DNA from: a virus
Virus record (IMG/VR): IMGVR_UViG_3300045988_109836
Length of the DNA: 64,000 nucleotides
Direction: 5' to 3' (one strand)
The notes under the pieces were generated by a model, which worked only from the letters and a program-made list of their open reading frames with translations, was not told where the DNA came from and did no database searches. This document shows, piece by piece, positions 1 to 8,278 of the stretch (positions within the stretch are counted from its first letter, which is position 1; every line of letters begins with the position of its first letter). The position numbers and the translations under genes were made by a program.

Positions 1-44
1 CCCCGTTCCCTGTGCCCCCGTCATTAATATTTTGTCAAACTTTT

Positions 45-572
45 TCATCTATTGTCTCCTGCTCCGTGAATTTTACCACGTTGTTTACGTGAAAACAGTT
101 TTTCTATATTTTGCTCTGCAATCTTTTCCGTATCAAGTCCTACGCGGTTAATCATGCTGTTTATTACCTTCCAAGCATTCTTCCAGGCTTCCAAAACGGC
201 TTTCTTTCTTGCTTCCGGGAATACGTTCTGTTCGGCTTCCTTCCAGTCATCACGCAACCACTTTTTAACCTGGTCCGCAATCTTTCCAACTTCTACGGGC
301 AAATCAAACACGCCTGCACCTTCTGCATTTGCCAAAGCTTCTTTCCAATCCCAGCCTTCAATGTCAAGATTGCACTCTTTACGAATCATGGCAAGGTACC
401 AGAACATATCTCCGATTTCTTTAGAGATTTCTTCCGTTTCCGCCTCGTTATTGATTTTCTCGTAGGTTTCTCCCATCTCCGAACACAAACCAAGTGTTAC
501 ATAGGACAAAGCCACTTTTTCATTATAGCAAGCTGTAGTAGCTGCCTTTTCTTCATACTCGAAATACGTCAT
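45..572 (-). CDS. MazG-like nucleoside triphosphate pyrophosphohydrolase
   Basis: The track ORF 45..626 starts at TTG; the first ATG is at 572 (MTYFEYEE..). MazG-type helices are present: ..LGLCSEMGETYEKI.. and ..EIGDMFWYLAMI.. (acidic E-x-x-E / E-x-x-D metal-binding pattern). Confidence 0.7.
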   Translation of the reverse strand: MTYFEYEEKAATTACYNEKVALSYVTLGLCSEMGETYEKINNEAETEEISKEIGDMFWYLAMIRKECNLDIEGWDWKEALANAEGAGVFDLPVEVGKIADQVKKWLRDDWKEAEQNVFPEARKKAVLEAWKNAWKVINSMINRVGLDTEKIAEQNIEKLFSRKQRGKIHGAGDNR

Positions 573-639
573 ATCTTTTATTTTTAATTGTGATGCAAAA
601 TAAGAATTAAATTTTGAGATAAACAAATATTATCTCCAA

Positions 640-1131
640 TTATTTTAAATCTTTCATATCAATTTCTTCTAACCACCTCATTTTGAAGTAGGTATACGGA
701 ATCTGTTCCGGTATGCCATCAATCCATATCACTACATTGTCGTCGTTCGGGTGATTTATCTTCACCTTATATTCCTTTCCCTTATATATCACCGGGGTAC
801 CCGGTTTCAATAGGTGAAACCTATCCCAAAACATTACCGACTTTTTTGTTTTCTCCGAATACTGCAAGTTCGGCAACCCGTATTCCTGCAAAAATTCCTT
901 CTGATAAAAACTTGAAAACGCATTGTCATTATCAAACATCGTTCCAAGACGGAACCTCTGTTTTAAATTCAGAATCTTTGCCTTCTTCTTTTCCGCAATA
1001 TCCTTGTATATCTTTACAAGTTCTACACTCTCTATACGATTGTAAACTATCGAACGCAATTTACAGCTTAAATACTCCAACTGCAAATTAAATACAAACT
1101 GTTCCAAACTGATTTTCCGTGATTTCTCCAT
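640..1131 (-). CDS. hypothetical protein
   Basis: The track ORF 640..1179 begins at TTG; the first ATG is at 1131 (MEKSRKISLEQ..). Same strand, directly downstream of the primase gene. No motif recognised. Confidence 0.6.
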   Translation of the reverse strand: MEKSRKISLEQFVFNLQLEYLSCKLRSIVYNRIESVELVKIYKDIAEKKKAKILNLKQRFRLGTMFDNDNAFSSFYQKEFLQEYGLPNLQYSEKTKKSVMFWDRFHLLKPGTPVIYKGKEYKVKINHPNDDNVVIWIDGIPEQIPYTYFKMRWLEEIDMKDLK

Positions 1132-1189
1132 GTCCTTAATTTTGACTTCAAATCTAACAAAAATTAGGATAAATGGCAAAAAATCAACA

Positions 1190-2191
1190 CTATAAATGCT
1201 TGGTATAGTAATTAATCGGTTCTGTCATATTGTCAAGCGCCCATAGGAGTTCTTCTTGTGTCGCGTCCCCAGGGTCTTTCTTCTTGTCTTCCAGTTCAGC
1301 AATCTGCACATTGAAATATCTTTGCAAGGTCATTGATACCGTCTTAATCATTTCCGGCTTGTCCGGGTCATACATCAGAATCACGTTCCTTATACCGAGT
1401 TTATCCCTCAATAACCTTATCTGACTTAACCCCATATTGTTACCGAACGTAAACACGCACTTTATATCCGGTGATTCATAGAGGTGTAATTTCGTGTCTA
1501 CAGATATGTAGTCAAACATCCCCTCCACGATTATAACCGTGTCCGTCTCGTCCGTTATATTGTCATACCCTCCTATCACATGGGAAAACCCGTCTCGCGA
1601 ATTCTCGTACCTCAATACAAGCTTTTCTGTGCCCTCCTTGAACTTTTTCAAATTCTCCTCGTGCCATTCTTTGCTTTTCTTTGAACGTGCCAGCCATGCG
1701 GCTAACTTACCGTTCATAGTAAACTGGAATATGAACTTATCGTGCAGCTTTCTTTCGAGAAAAAACCTTGTTTCTGCCGGGCGAAATTCTTCGTAATATC
1801 TTTTTACAAACCCTCTTTTATCCAAATATTCGTCCTTCTCTATATATTCCAGTTTTTTAGGTAAAACACATTCCTTGATTTTCTCTATCGTTTCTTCCTC
1901 TTCTTCATTTATTAGAGGGGTCAATTTCTGCATTTTTACTGTGTTTTCATAATCCTGCTTTATAAGGTCCTTTCTTCCTATCTTTTCCAAGAACTTTTTT
2001 AAGGTGGTTTTTGTGCCACATTTGAAACAATGGAAAGCACCGTTATTCCCTGCCTCATTGAACTTTATACCCCATTTCCCCTTTTTATTGCAAAAAGGAC
2101 ATTCCTTGTTCCGGTCCTGCATGAAACCTTTTGCTCCGAACAAGGACAAATTCAGTTCGGATATTACTTCGTTTTTGTCAACTCTGAACAT
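1190..2191 (-). CDS. DNA primase (zinc-ribbon + Toprim-like)
   Basis: Zinc ribbon CPFCNKKGKWG...HCFKCGTKTT, then Toprim-like acidic motifs ..VIIVEGMFDYISV.. and ..ILMYDPDKPE... Lies close to the DnaB-like helicase gene, with only a small ORF and promoter copy A between them. Confidence 0.75.
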   Translation of the reverse strand: MFRVDKNEVISELNLSLFGAKGFMQDRNKECPFCNKKGKWGIKFNEAGNNGAFHCFKCGTKTTLKKFLEKIGRKDLIKQDYENTVKMQKLTPLINEEEEETIEKIKECVLPKKLEYIEKDEYLDKRGFVKRYYEEFRPAETRFFLERKLHDKFIFQFTMNGKLAAWLARSKKSKEWHEENLKKFKEGTEKLVLRYENSRDGFSHVIGGYDNITDETDTVIIVEGMFDYISVDTKLHLYESPDIKCVFTFGNNMGLSQIRLLRDKLGIRNVILMYDPDKPEMIKTVSMTLQRYFNVQIAELEDKKKDPGDATQEELLWALDNMTEPINYYTKHL

Positions 2192-2198
2192 CTTAAAC

Positions 2199-2345
2199 TT
2201 AAGCTCTTTCTAACGTTACTCGTTCGTTACCTCTTTTATAATTCTGATACCAAAAACAATCTGACGTTTTTACAAAACCTTGTGATTTAAGTTCTTTTTC
2301 TAACTTCCACATCTCTGAATTACTTTTGTACTGAATCGTTTTCAT
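2199..2345 (-). CDS. small hypothetical protein (48 aa)
   Basis: Not in the ORF track (<60 aa). ATG at 2345 follows the conserved leader GTCAAACAAATAAAAGATAAGGTT of promoter copy A. Reads MKTIQYKSNSEMWKLEKELKSQGFVKTSDCFWYQNYKRGNERVTLERA, with TAA at 2199..2201, 7 nt before the primase ATG. Confidence 0.45.
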   Translation of the reverse strand: MKTIQYKSNSEMWKLEKELKSQGFVKTSDCFWYQNYKRGNERVTLERA

Positions 2346-2402
2346 AACCTTATCTTTTATTTGTTTGACTTCTTGTTTCTTGCCTCCCTTAAGAAGACAC
2401 TA

Positions 2403-2444
2403 CAAAGATAAGATTATGTTATGACATACGCAAGTGCTTATGTC
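2403..2444 (-). promoter_or_regulatory. class-I phage promoter, copy A (-7 box TATCTTTG plus 22-bp near-palindrome over the -33 region)
   Basis: The minus strand reads GACATAAGCACTTGCGTATGTC-ATAACATAATCT-TATCTTTG. The -7 box (2403..2410) matches Bacteroidota TAnnTTTG; CTTG lies 20 nt upstream. The palindrome (2423..2444) has one mismatch. One of four full copies (a fifth, copy C, is truncated). Confidence 0.55.
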
Positions 2445-3898
2445 TAAATCATCTCTGTTTTAACATCATTTTGCATTTCATTGTCTCCTTCCTTCTTTTT
2501 CCTCTTTTTCTTGTCAGAAGTAGAAGATGTGAAACCCTTATCGCCTCCGTAATATTCGGCTGTCAACGCCTTATCGCAAAAACGTCCCCTTCCGTAATCC
2601 GTCACAATAGGAAAGGTATCTTTTACTGTATCGTAATCGCGTACCTTATCCATATAGATACGCATCTTGTTTTGTTTCTTTTCCTCCCTTGTCCGGTTCC
2701 CGGTAAACACAAAAGAAAACGGCTTTACAAGCGTCCTGTCTCCTTCCGTATAGCTTCTGTCTATCACCTTGTCTGCATTATCCCATATTTCCAACGGCAC
2801 ATTCCCGGCTTGTGCTGCCGTGAATCCTACCATCTTAAACTCTACACATAAGTTTTTCAAAAGCTGTGCGCACGTCTGTAGCTTTTCTTTTTTGAATGTA
2901 GGGTTATTGTCCACAACACGATTTGTCCCGGTTGCTACAAGGTCCAAAGAATCCAATATCAATACATGCGGATAATAACCGTTTTTCTTATAATAGGATA
3001 TTATCACATTACGGACATCCACCATTGTAGCCTGTCCGAATTTTTCAAAAGAATATACGTCTATGTCCTTAGAATAGGATTTTATATTTTCAAACGCCTT
3101 GTCAAGCTTTTCTGCCAGCTTATCATCTATAACACCCTTTCGGATATTCCCGTATTTTTGCCCCGTCCAGAACTGGTCGTATCTTTCCAAGCACGCACGT
3201 GCTCCACCTTCCAACTGTATATGCAAGACCGGGTGTCCGTCAAAGGCTGCCTGCATGCCGTGATATCTCAATGCCGTGGATTTTCCCACGCCGGACCTCA
3301 TTATCCATAACACCGTATCTTCTATCGTGGCGCCGCCTTCCGAAATATCGTCTATCTTGTCAAGTCCGAACATTACACGTGACGGAATTTCCCCGTCTTC
3401 CTCTTCCCGTCTTCCCCTCATTCGCTTGTCAAAATCGGCAAAGACCTTTTGGAAACCGCCTGCCTCATGTCTTAATGATAGGGATAATATTCTTTGGCTC
3501 TCTTCCGCATTTACCCGTATAGCGTCTTCCTTCTTTCCTTCTTCGTACAAATCATGTACTTTTTTGGAAAGTAGCTGGAATTCCACGTCTTTAATGTACG
3601 CTTCCAACTGGTCTATAATGATTTCCTTATCTACTTTAGCGGCTGACTGTACAGCATCTACCGCCTCGATTACAAAATCGCTGTCAGCGTATTTTTGCGA
3701 AACAACACCTAAAGAAGGAACCTTATCTTTCTCTTTTAATACCTCTGTAGCTTCTTTTAATAGAAATTTGAATCCTGCCCACTCTTTGGGTATCAATTGA
3801 TAAGACAGATGATTTACCACTATCCGGGTAATACTCAAATCCATATATACAAGCTTGAATAATTCTGCCATAAATCCGGCAGACAACTTTTGAGCCAT
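2444..3898 (-). CDS. DnaB-like replicative DNA helicase
   Basis: 484 aa. Walker A ..IMRSGVGKSTAL.., Walker B-like ..HVLILDSLDLV.., and a RecA-type C-terminal half behind an alpha-helical N-terminal half. Primase gene close by downstream. Confidence 0.75.
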   Translation of the reverse strand: MAQKLSAGFMAELFKLVYMDLSITRIVVNHLSYQLIPKEWAGFKFLLKEATEVLKEKDKVPSLGVVSQKYADSDFVIEAVDAVQSAAKVDKEIIIDQLEAYIKDVEFQLLSKKVHDLYEEGKKEDAIRVNAEESQRILSLSLRHEAGGFQKVFADFDKRMRGRREEEDGEIPSRVMFGLDKIDDISEGGATIEDTVLWIMRSGVGKSTALRYHGMQAAFDGHPVLHIQLEGGARACLERYDQFWTGQKYGNIRKGVIDDKLAEKLDKAFENIKSYSKDIDVYSFEKFGQATMVDVRNVIISYYKKNGYYPHVLILDSLDLVATGTNRVVDNNPTFKKEKLQTCAQLLKNLCVEFKMVGFTAAQAGNVPLEIWDNADKVIDRSYTEGDRTLVKPFSFVFTGNRTREEKKQNKMRIYMDKVRDYDTVKDTFPIVTDYGRGRFCDKALTAEYYGGDKGFTSSTSDKKKRKKKEGDNEMQNDVKTEMI

Positions 3899-3917
3899 TT
3901 TATTAGATTTTAGAAAT

Positions 3918-3939
3918 TAGGGCTACAAACATAGCCCTA
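3918..3939 (-). terminator. putative rho-independent terminator
   Basis: 8-bp stem tagggcta (3918..3925) / tagcccta (3932..3939) with a 6-nt loop. On the minus strand it is followed by ATTTCTAAAATC. Sits between the stop of the 54-aa ORF and the helicase ATG. Confidence 0.4.
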
Positions 3940-3966
3940 TAATATGAAGAAAACAAATTGTTGTTG

Positions 3967-4131
3967 TTAAATCAATCCAACCGCTTTTCTTAAGAAATCT
4001 CCTGCATTCTCTACCGATACACCCAATTTCTTTTGTATTAGAGTTATCATTTCATTAACTTGTTCTTGTGAATCCAAATTCCCTTTTACAAACTCCATCA
4101 TGATGAACTTTTCTAAAACTCTTGCTTTCAT
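3967..4131 (-). CDS. small protein (54 aa), candidate DNA-binding regulator
   Basis: The track ORF 3967..4164 is trimmed to the ATG at 4131, which occupies the same position relative to the conserved leader as in the other promoter copies (..AAGTAAAAGAAATAAGATT-ATG). Sequence: MKARVLEKFIMMEFVKGNLDSQEQVNEMITLIQKKLGVSVENAGDFLRKAVGLI. It is the sole gene between promoter copy B and a hairpin. Confidence 0.5.
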   Translation of the reverse strand: MKARVLEKFIMMEFVKGNLDSQEQVNEMITLIQKKLGVSVENAGDFLRKAVGLI

Positions 4132-4181
4132 AATCTTATTTCTTTTACTTGTTTGACTTATCATCTCTTAATCTCACAGTA

Positions 4182-4223
4182 CAAAGATAATATTATGTTA
4201 TGACATACGCAAGTGCGTATGTC
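4182..4223 (-). promoter_or_regulatory. class-I phage promoter, copy B (perfect 10-2-10 palindrome)
   Basis: -7 box TATCTTTG at 4182..4189 (minus strand). 4202..4223 is gacatacgca-ag-tgcgtatgtc, a perfect palindrome and the only perfect copy. Confidence 0.55.
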
Positions 4224-4249
4224 TAAATTGTTAGTTATTTAACATCATT

Positions 4250-4711
4250 TCACAATAAAAGCAAGCCTATTACTAAAACAATAGTCATAATGAAAAATAT
4301 CAATGCAAGACATTTCCATATTTTTGCAGTAGCCTCCAAACCGTGTTTCCGCTTGTCAAACTCGCTTAACGCATAATTCAAAGCCTCGTCTTTCAGTCCT
4401 TTAAACTTATCATTCAAAGCCTCGGTTATATCGTCTGCGATAACATGCTTCACCTTTTCTGACACGGATTCCGGATATCCTCTTTCCTCATAGTTCAATT
4501 CACTCAACAAGTCATGATGAAATATATAAGGCATTCCGTTCACTTCATAGGAAAGTTTGATACCGCTTTCTTTGACGTATTTCAAGAACCTTTCCTCAGC
4601 AATCTCGTTTACCCTTTCCTGGTTAAATTCTGCCTTCTTCTTTATCTCATTAAAATATTCCTCGTCAACAATCACACAGTTGTTTTCAAGCTTCATTACA
4701 TGTGCTTCCAT
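4250..4711 (-). CDS. tail-anchored membrane protein, function unknown
   Basis: 153 aa, ATG start. A single C-terminal hydrophobic helix ..IWKCLALIFFIMTIVLVIGLLLL*. Tightly packed with neighbouring ORFs. Confidence 0.6.
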   Translation of the reverse strand: MEAHVMKLENNCVIVDEEYFNEIKKKAEFNQERVNEIAEERFLKYVKESGIKLSYEVNGMPYIFHHDLLSELNYEERGYPESVSEKVKHVIADDITEALNDKFKGLKDEALNYALSEFDKRKHGLEATAKIWKCLALIFFIMTIVLVIGLLLL

Positions 4712-4713
4712 AA

Positions 4714-5127
4714 CTATTCTTTAGTTTTAATATATCCTTTCTCAATACACCAGCATAACGTATAATAGGCGGCATCTATTGCTTGAAGTGATTTTTCAAA
4801 ATGAAATGATTTATCCTCATATCCATCTGTATACATAAAATACCATAAACCAACTTTTTTAAACATGTAAAAATCATATATCTGTATATGTTCCGGTAGC
4901 TTATCGAGAATATCCTGCAAAGTATAAGTAGGAAAGGTTTCATATGACATAAACCCACAAGTCTGAAACCCCTTCTGTAAGCTCAAGAACCATTTACCTT
5001 TTGATTTATCATCAACACGACTTCCATGTGACACCCTCGCCCAATACATACTTGCATCACTTGTATTTAATCCAAGTTCTTGCAAGTGCTTCATCTGTTC
5101 GATTAATAATACTTGTTCTGACTTCAT
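4714..5127 (-). CDS. hypothetical protein
   Basis: 137 aa, ATG start. Its start overlaps the stop of the upstream mini-ORF (ATGA). No motif recognised. Confidence 0.6.
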   Translation of the reverse strand: MKSEQVLLIEQMKHLQELGLNTSDASMYWARVSHGSRVDDKSKGKWFLSLQKGFQTCGFMSYETFPTYTLQDILDKLPEHIQIYDFYMFKKVGLWYFMYTDGYEDKSFHFEKSLQAIDAAYYTLCWCIEKGYIKTKE

Positions 5128-5246
5128 TTCTCACTCCTTTCTTTCTCCTTTTTAGCCTTATCACATACCAACTTCTTCATTACATACGAACAATCGCAAT
5201 TCCCGTATCTTTCATTATACCAACAGCAATAATTACACTGGTGCAT
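5124..5246 (-). CDS. Cys-rich mini-protein (40 aa)
   Basis: Not in the track. Reads MHQCNYCCWYNERYGNCDCSYVMKKLVCDKAKKEKERSEK. Its TGA overlaps the next ATG (ATGA at 5124..5127), and its ATG lies 3 nt after the upstream stop. Confidence 0.35.
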   Translation of the reverse strand: MHQCNYCCWYNERYGNCDCSYVMKKLVCDKAKKEKERSEK

Positions 5247-5249
5247 TAT

Positions 5250-5459
5250 TTATTCCTCCTTATCTATCTTAATATCCGTTACTTTGCCACGATTGACAAA
5301 ATACATACAATCAATAAGCCTGCAAATCCATTCATCACAACGATTCTCTAATTCATCACATTCCTTGCGAAGAGAACATATACTACAAGAACTATCATTA
5401 CTATAATTCACAGCTTCATGTAATACTCCATCTATTATTATTCCGTTCTTTACTTCCAT
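5250..5459 (-). CDS. Cys-rich hypothetical protein (69 aa)
   Basis: ATG start. Cys pairs ..SSCSICSLRKECDELENRCDEWICRLIDC.. suggest a small zinc-binding fold. Confidence 0.5.
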   Translation of the reverse strand: MEVKNGIIIDGVLHEAVNYSNDSSCSICSLRKECDELENRCDEWICRLIDCMYFVNRGKVTDIKIDKEE

Positions 5460-5467
5460 AGCCTTTT

Positions 5468-5653
5468 CTATTTCTTTTTAAGTTTTAAAAACAACATTAT
5501 CCTGTCCCATAATACCATATAGCTATCCCAGTAATCGCTAAAGTCGAAATAATACCAACTCATTTGCAGGTACCATATCGGCAGATAGACAATGAATATG
5601 GCGAACCACAAAGGGATGAGCAACCATCGGAGTATCAGTCTTATTTTCCTCAT
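5468..5653 (-). CDS. small membrane protein (61 aa)
   Basis: ATG start. Hydrophobic segment ..LRWLLIPLWFAIFIVYLPIWYL... Confidence 0.5.
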   Translation of the reverse strand: MRKIRLILRWLLIPLWFAIFIVYLPIWYLQMSWYYFDFSDYWDSYMVLWDRIMLFLKLKKK

Positions 5654-5656
5654 ACT

Positions 5657-5875
5657 TCAATCATTTTTAAAAGTTACACCCAAACACAACACTTTGTTTG
5701 AAACACCTATATCTTCAAATTCCAGAATTAAATACTCTGTATCATAAGGATAAGGGTATCTGCAATGTCTCAATTCTTCATCCGTTAATTTGCGTCTGAC
5801 GCGCATCTCGATTTCAAAATCATCGGGAAGATTCTCTATGATTTTTCTAAGTTGTCCTACGTTCTTTATTTCCAT
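5657..5875 (-). CDS. hypothetical protein
   Basis: The track ORF 5657..5887 starts at TTG; the first ATG is at 5875 (MEIKNVGQLRK..). Confidence 0.5.
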   Translation of the reverse strand: MEIKNVGQLRKIIENLPDDFEIEMRVRRKLTDEELRHCRYPYPYDTEYLILEFEDIGVSNKVLCLGVTFKND

Positions 5876-5966
5876 ATTCAAATACAATTAGGGCATTCAG
5901 CCAATTTGTTACCTTTATTATCTGTATATACATAAATACTTTTTCCTTTTGAAGAAGTCACGTCAA

Positions 5967-6134
5967 CTATGCAGCCGCCCTCTCTATATCGACATCATTC
6001 CCATAGGTGTTTTGAAAGATACGTTTAACTTCCTCTTTCACAATTGGAATCATAATTTCCTTTATATCCTCTTTAGTCAACTTTAGTTCGTTGTGGATAT
6101 AGTTCTTCACTTCATTGTATATATATTTACTCAT
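5967..6134 (-). CDS. small hypothetical protein (55 aa)
   Basis: Not in the track. Reads MSKYIYNEVKNYIHNELKLTKEDIKEIMIPIVKEEVKRIFQNTYGNDVDIERAAA. Its ATG overlaps the stop of the upstream ORF (ATGA at 6131..6134). Confidence 0.4.
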   Translation of the reverse strand: MSKYIYNEVKNYIHNELKLTKEDIKEIMIPIVKEEVKRIFQNTYGNDVDIERAAA

Positions 6135-6436
6135 ATTAACCCAATCCTCTTTAATCTTTTTCTAAAATTCTTTTCATTCAAAGCTTGTTCGTAATAGCAA
6201 TCCGGCTCAATAACTGTTTTGGTTTCCATTATAGGTTTCCCGTTTAATCCAATTGAAACTTCGTTAGTAATAGAAGCTCTCTTTATCTCTTTCGTTTTCA
6301 GATTGAATGAAAATAAAATATGGCCCGGAACCCTCCTCTTCTTGTCCGTCAATTTATATTCATGCTGTTTCTTTTGAATATATTCTACCTGGTTTTTAGA
6401 TATATTACTTTTTGTTAAATCCGGAACTATTTCCAT
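6131..6436 (-). CDS. hypothetical protein
   Basis: The track ORF 6131..6445 starts at GTG; the first ATG is at 6436 (MEIVPDLTKS..). Confidence 0.55.
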   Translation of the reverse strand: MEIVPDLTKSNISKNQVEYIQKKQHEYKLTDKKRRVPGHILFSFNLKTKEIKRASITNEVSIGLNGKPIMETKTVIEPDCYYEQALNEKNFRKRLKRIGLI

Positions 6437-6486
6437 ATCAATCACCGTTTAAAATATACAACAACTCTCTTGCTTTCCTATAGGTA

Positions 6487-6612
6487 TCAAAACCTTTTAC
6501 ATTCCACCCATTCAGACGAAAGACGTTTGTCTTTTCTTACTTGTACGCAATACACGACTATCGGAATACAGCCGCTATACCTTATTTCTTTCACAATCCT
6601 ATATCTTTCCAT
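6487..6612 (-). CDS. small hypothetical protein (41 aa)
   Basis: Not in the track. Reads MERYRIVKEIRYSGCIPIVVYCVQVRKDKRLSSEWVECKRF. Its ATG lies 1 nt after the upstream stop (6614). Confidence 0.3.
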   Translation of the reverse strand: MERYRIVKEIRYSGCIPIVVYCVQVRKDKRLSSEWVECKRF

Positions 6613-6613
6613 G

Positions 6614-6874
6614 TCAGATACAATTTCTCATAAAAGTTCCCCTATCAAGCATACCGTTTTCCGATTCTTCTACCAAGTCTAAAAATGTATCAATAAAACA
6701 AACATGTTCTTCTATCATTATACATATTCCATCACCGGGATAATATTCACACGAAACATCATTGTTCCAATCTATATGCTTTTGTACTTCTTTAGCTACA
6801 CAGTCACAAGCAATCATATACTCTATGTATTTATTAGATGCTTTTCTTATTTTGTCAAATATATTTCCTTTCAT
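6614..6874 (-). CDS. hypothetical protein
   Basis: 86 aa, ATG start, several Cys/His residues. No family recognised. Confidence 0.55.
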   Translation of the reverse strand: MKGNIFDKIRKASNKYIEYMIACDCVAKEVQKHIDWNNDVSCEYYPGDGICIMIEEHVCFIDTFLDLVEESENGMLDRGTFMRNCI

Positions 6875-6885
6875 GGCTTTTTCAA

Positions 6886-7140
6886 TTACTCAATATATAA
6901 AACAAGACCTCTATGTATCATATCCTCTATTTCTCTTTCCAAAAACTCATCAAATGTGTGTTTGTCCATAGTACAGAAATGATACCTTACAGAATGCTTT
7001 TCATAATTGATGTTTTTATGATAATCAATCATTACGTCACTTATAACCGTCTCAACAATCTTACCATTTACAACAAAAGAAAAACGTGTTCCAACATCAT
7101 AACATGTCTTTTTAAACAAAAGAACTTTCCTTTCATTCAT
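6886..7140 (-). CDS. hypothetical protein
   Basis: The track ORF 6886..7146 starts at TTG; the ATG at 7140 (MNERKVLLF..) lies 2 nt after the upstream TGA. Confidence 0.55.
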   Translation of the reverse strand: MNERKVLLFKKTCYDVGTRFSFVVNGKIVETVISDVMIDYHKNINYEKHSVRYHFCTMDKHTFDEFLEREIEDMIHRGLVLYIE

Positions 7141-7142
7141 TT

Positions 7143-7328
7143 TCAATCTCCTTTCTCCTTAATGTATTTTTCTGTAAATTCAATAATTGAGTTCAAGAAA
7201 ATAGGGGTTGCATTATCAGATATAATACACCTACCTCCACTATTCCCGATTTCGTGTCTTTGAATTGAAAAGAACGCATATTCTTTTCTTGTAAGGGCAT
7301 ACCAAGCTACCTTTATTCGTTCAATCAT
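7143..7328 (-). CDS. hypothetical protein (61 aa)
   Basis: ATG start, 1 nt after the upstream stop. Confidence 0.5.
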   Translation of the reverse strand: MIERIKVAWYALTRKEYAFFSIQRHEIGNSGGRCIISDNATPIFLNSIIEFTEKYIKEKGD

Positions 7329-7329
7329 C

Positions 7330-7572
7330 TCATTTCAGTTTTTCTTCAAATTCTGCAATTATACAGTCTGCATCACCACCATGTACCCAGTCCTCCAGTA
7401 CAGAAGACAAAGCTTCAATAGCTTTCTCCTTCTGCCATTCAGCACCACTATTAAAACCATTAACAATCATTTCCTTGATGTCAGAAATTCCATTCGGTAC
7501 CCCACATGTTCCAAATGAACGAATAACCGATTCAGCATATTCTATTGAAGCCTTTTCTACTGTCTGTTTCAT
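7330..7572 (-). CDS. hypothetical protein
   Basis: The track ORF 7330..7605 starts at GTG and would overlap the upstream mini-ORF. The ATG at 7572 (MKQTVEKASIEY..) lies 1 nt after that ORF's TGA. Confidence 0.55.
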   Translation of the reverse strand: MKQTVEKASIEYAESVIRSFGTCGVPNGISDIKEMIVNGFNSGAEWQKEKAIEALSSVLEDWVHGGDADCIIAEFEEKLK

Positions 7573-7573
7573 A

Positions 7574-7738
7574 TCAATAACTTTTGGTTTTCTTGTATCT
7601 GCCACATTTCTTGCAGACGTAATATCTGGCGATATATTTATTACATCCTAACTCATCCCATGCCGTAACCTTTCTCTCATACATCAGCTCCCATTCATGG
7701 CGACAGAACCATTTCTTTATGATAGCATTCAGATTCAT
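7574..7738 (-). CDS. small zinc-ribbon-like protein (54 aa)
   Basis: Not in the track. Reads MNLNAIIKKWFCRHEWELMYERKVTAWDELGCNKYIARYYVCKKCGRYKKTKSY (C-x-H ... C-x-x-C). Confidence 0.4.
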   Translation of the reverse strand: MNLNAIIKKWFCRHEWELMYERKVTAWDELGCNKYIARYYVCKKCGRYKKTKSY

Positions 7739-7741
7739 ACC

Positions 7742-7903
7742 CTAAAACAAAATCTTGAATTTCTTCCCTTTCAATGTCGGCAACCTTTCTTCCACAAACT
7801 TCCTTAACTCTTCCTCCTCAATAGGAAACAAAGGATTATATTTATATTTGAATGTGTGTATGTATTGCTCATTCAGCATCACATCAAAAATTAATATCTT
7901 CAT
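7742..7903 (-). CDS. small hypothetical protein (53 aa)
   Basis: Not in the track. Reads MKILIFDVMLNEQYIHTFKYKYNPLFPIEEEELRKFVEERLPTLKGKKFKILF. ATGA overlap with the upstream stop (7900..7903). Confidence 0.4.
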   Translation of the reverse strand: MKILIFDVMLNEQYIHTFKYKYNPLFPIEEEELRKFVEERLPTLKGKKFKILF

Positions 7904-8169
7904 CTAAAATACCCCTCCATCCACAATACGGCTTCCTCTATCGTTTCCACCTTCTTAAACTCCTTTGTAACACAACGTTGCATATACTCACAACATATAT
8001 TTTCTTCATCATCGAAATAGATGTTATATGCTCCGTTATCATCAGCCCCGGTACAAGCTATTTCAAGCTCCAAAGCCTTTCTTACCTTTTCCGGTTCGGT
8101 TGAAAAATAGGCATAAACCTTTCCACCCTTTACACCCATCAATCCGTTAAGTTCTATGATATTGTTCAT
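7900..8169 (-). CDS. hypothetical protein (89 aa), first gene after promoter copy C
   Basis: ATG start at 8169, downstream of promoter copy C and a leader hairpin. Confidence 0.55.
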   Translation of the reverse strand: MNNIIELNGLMGVKGGKVYAYFSTEPEKVRKALELEIACTGADDNGAYNIYFDDEENICCEYMQRCVTKEFKKVETIEEAVLWMEGYFR

Positions 8170-8243
8170 ATTCGAGATAATATTTGTGTATGTCTGACCC
8201 GATTAAGAAAGGGAGCTTTCATACTCCCTTATCAATCACACCA

Positions 8244-8273
8244 CAAAGATAAGATTTGTTTATGACATACGCA
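8244..8273 (-). promoter_or_regulatory. class-I phage promoter, copy C (truncated; half operator)
   Basis: -7 box TATCTTTG at 8244..8251. Only the promoter-proximal half-site gacatacgca (8264..8273) is conserved. The leader carries a hairpin aagggag-N8-ctccctt at 8209..8230. Confidence 0.45.
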
Positions 8274-8278
8274 ATAGC

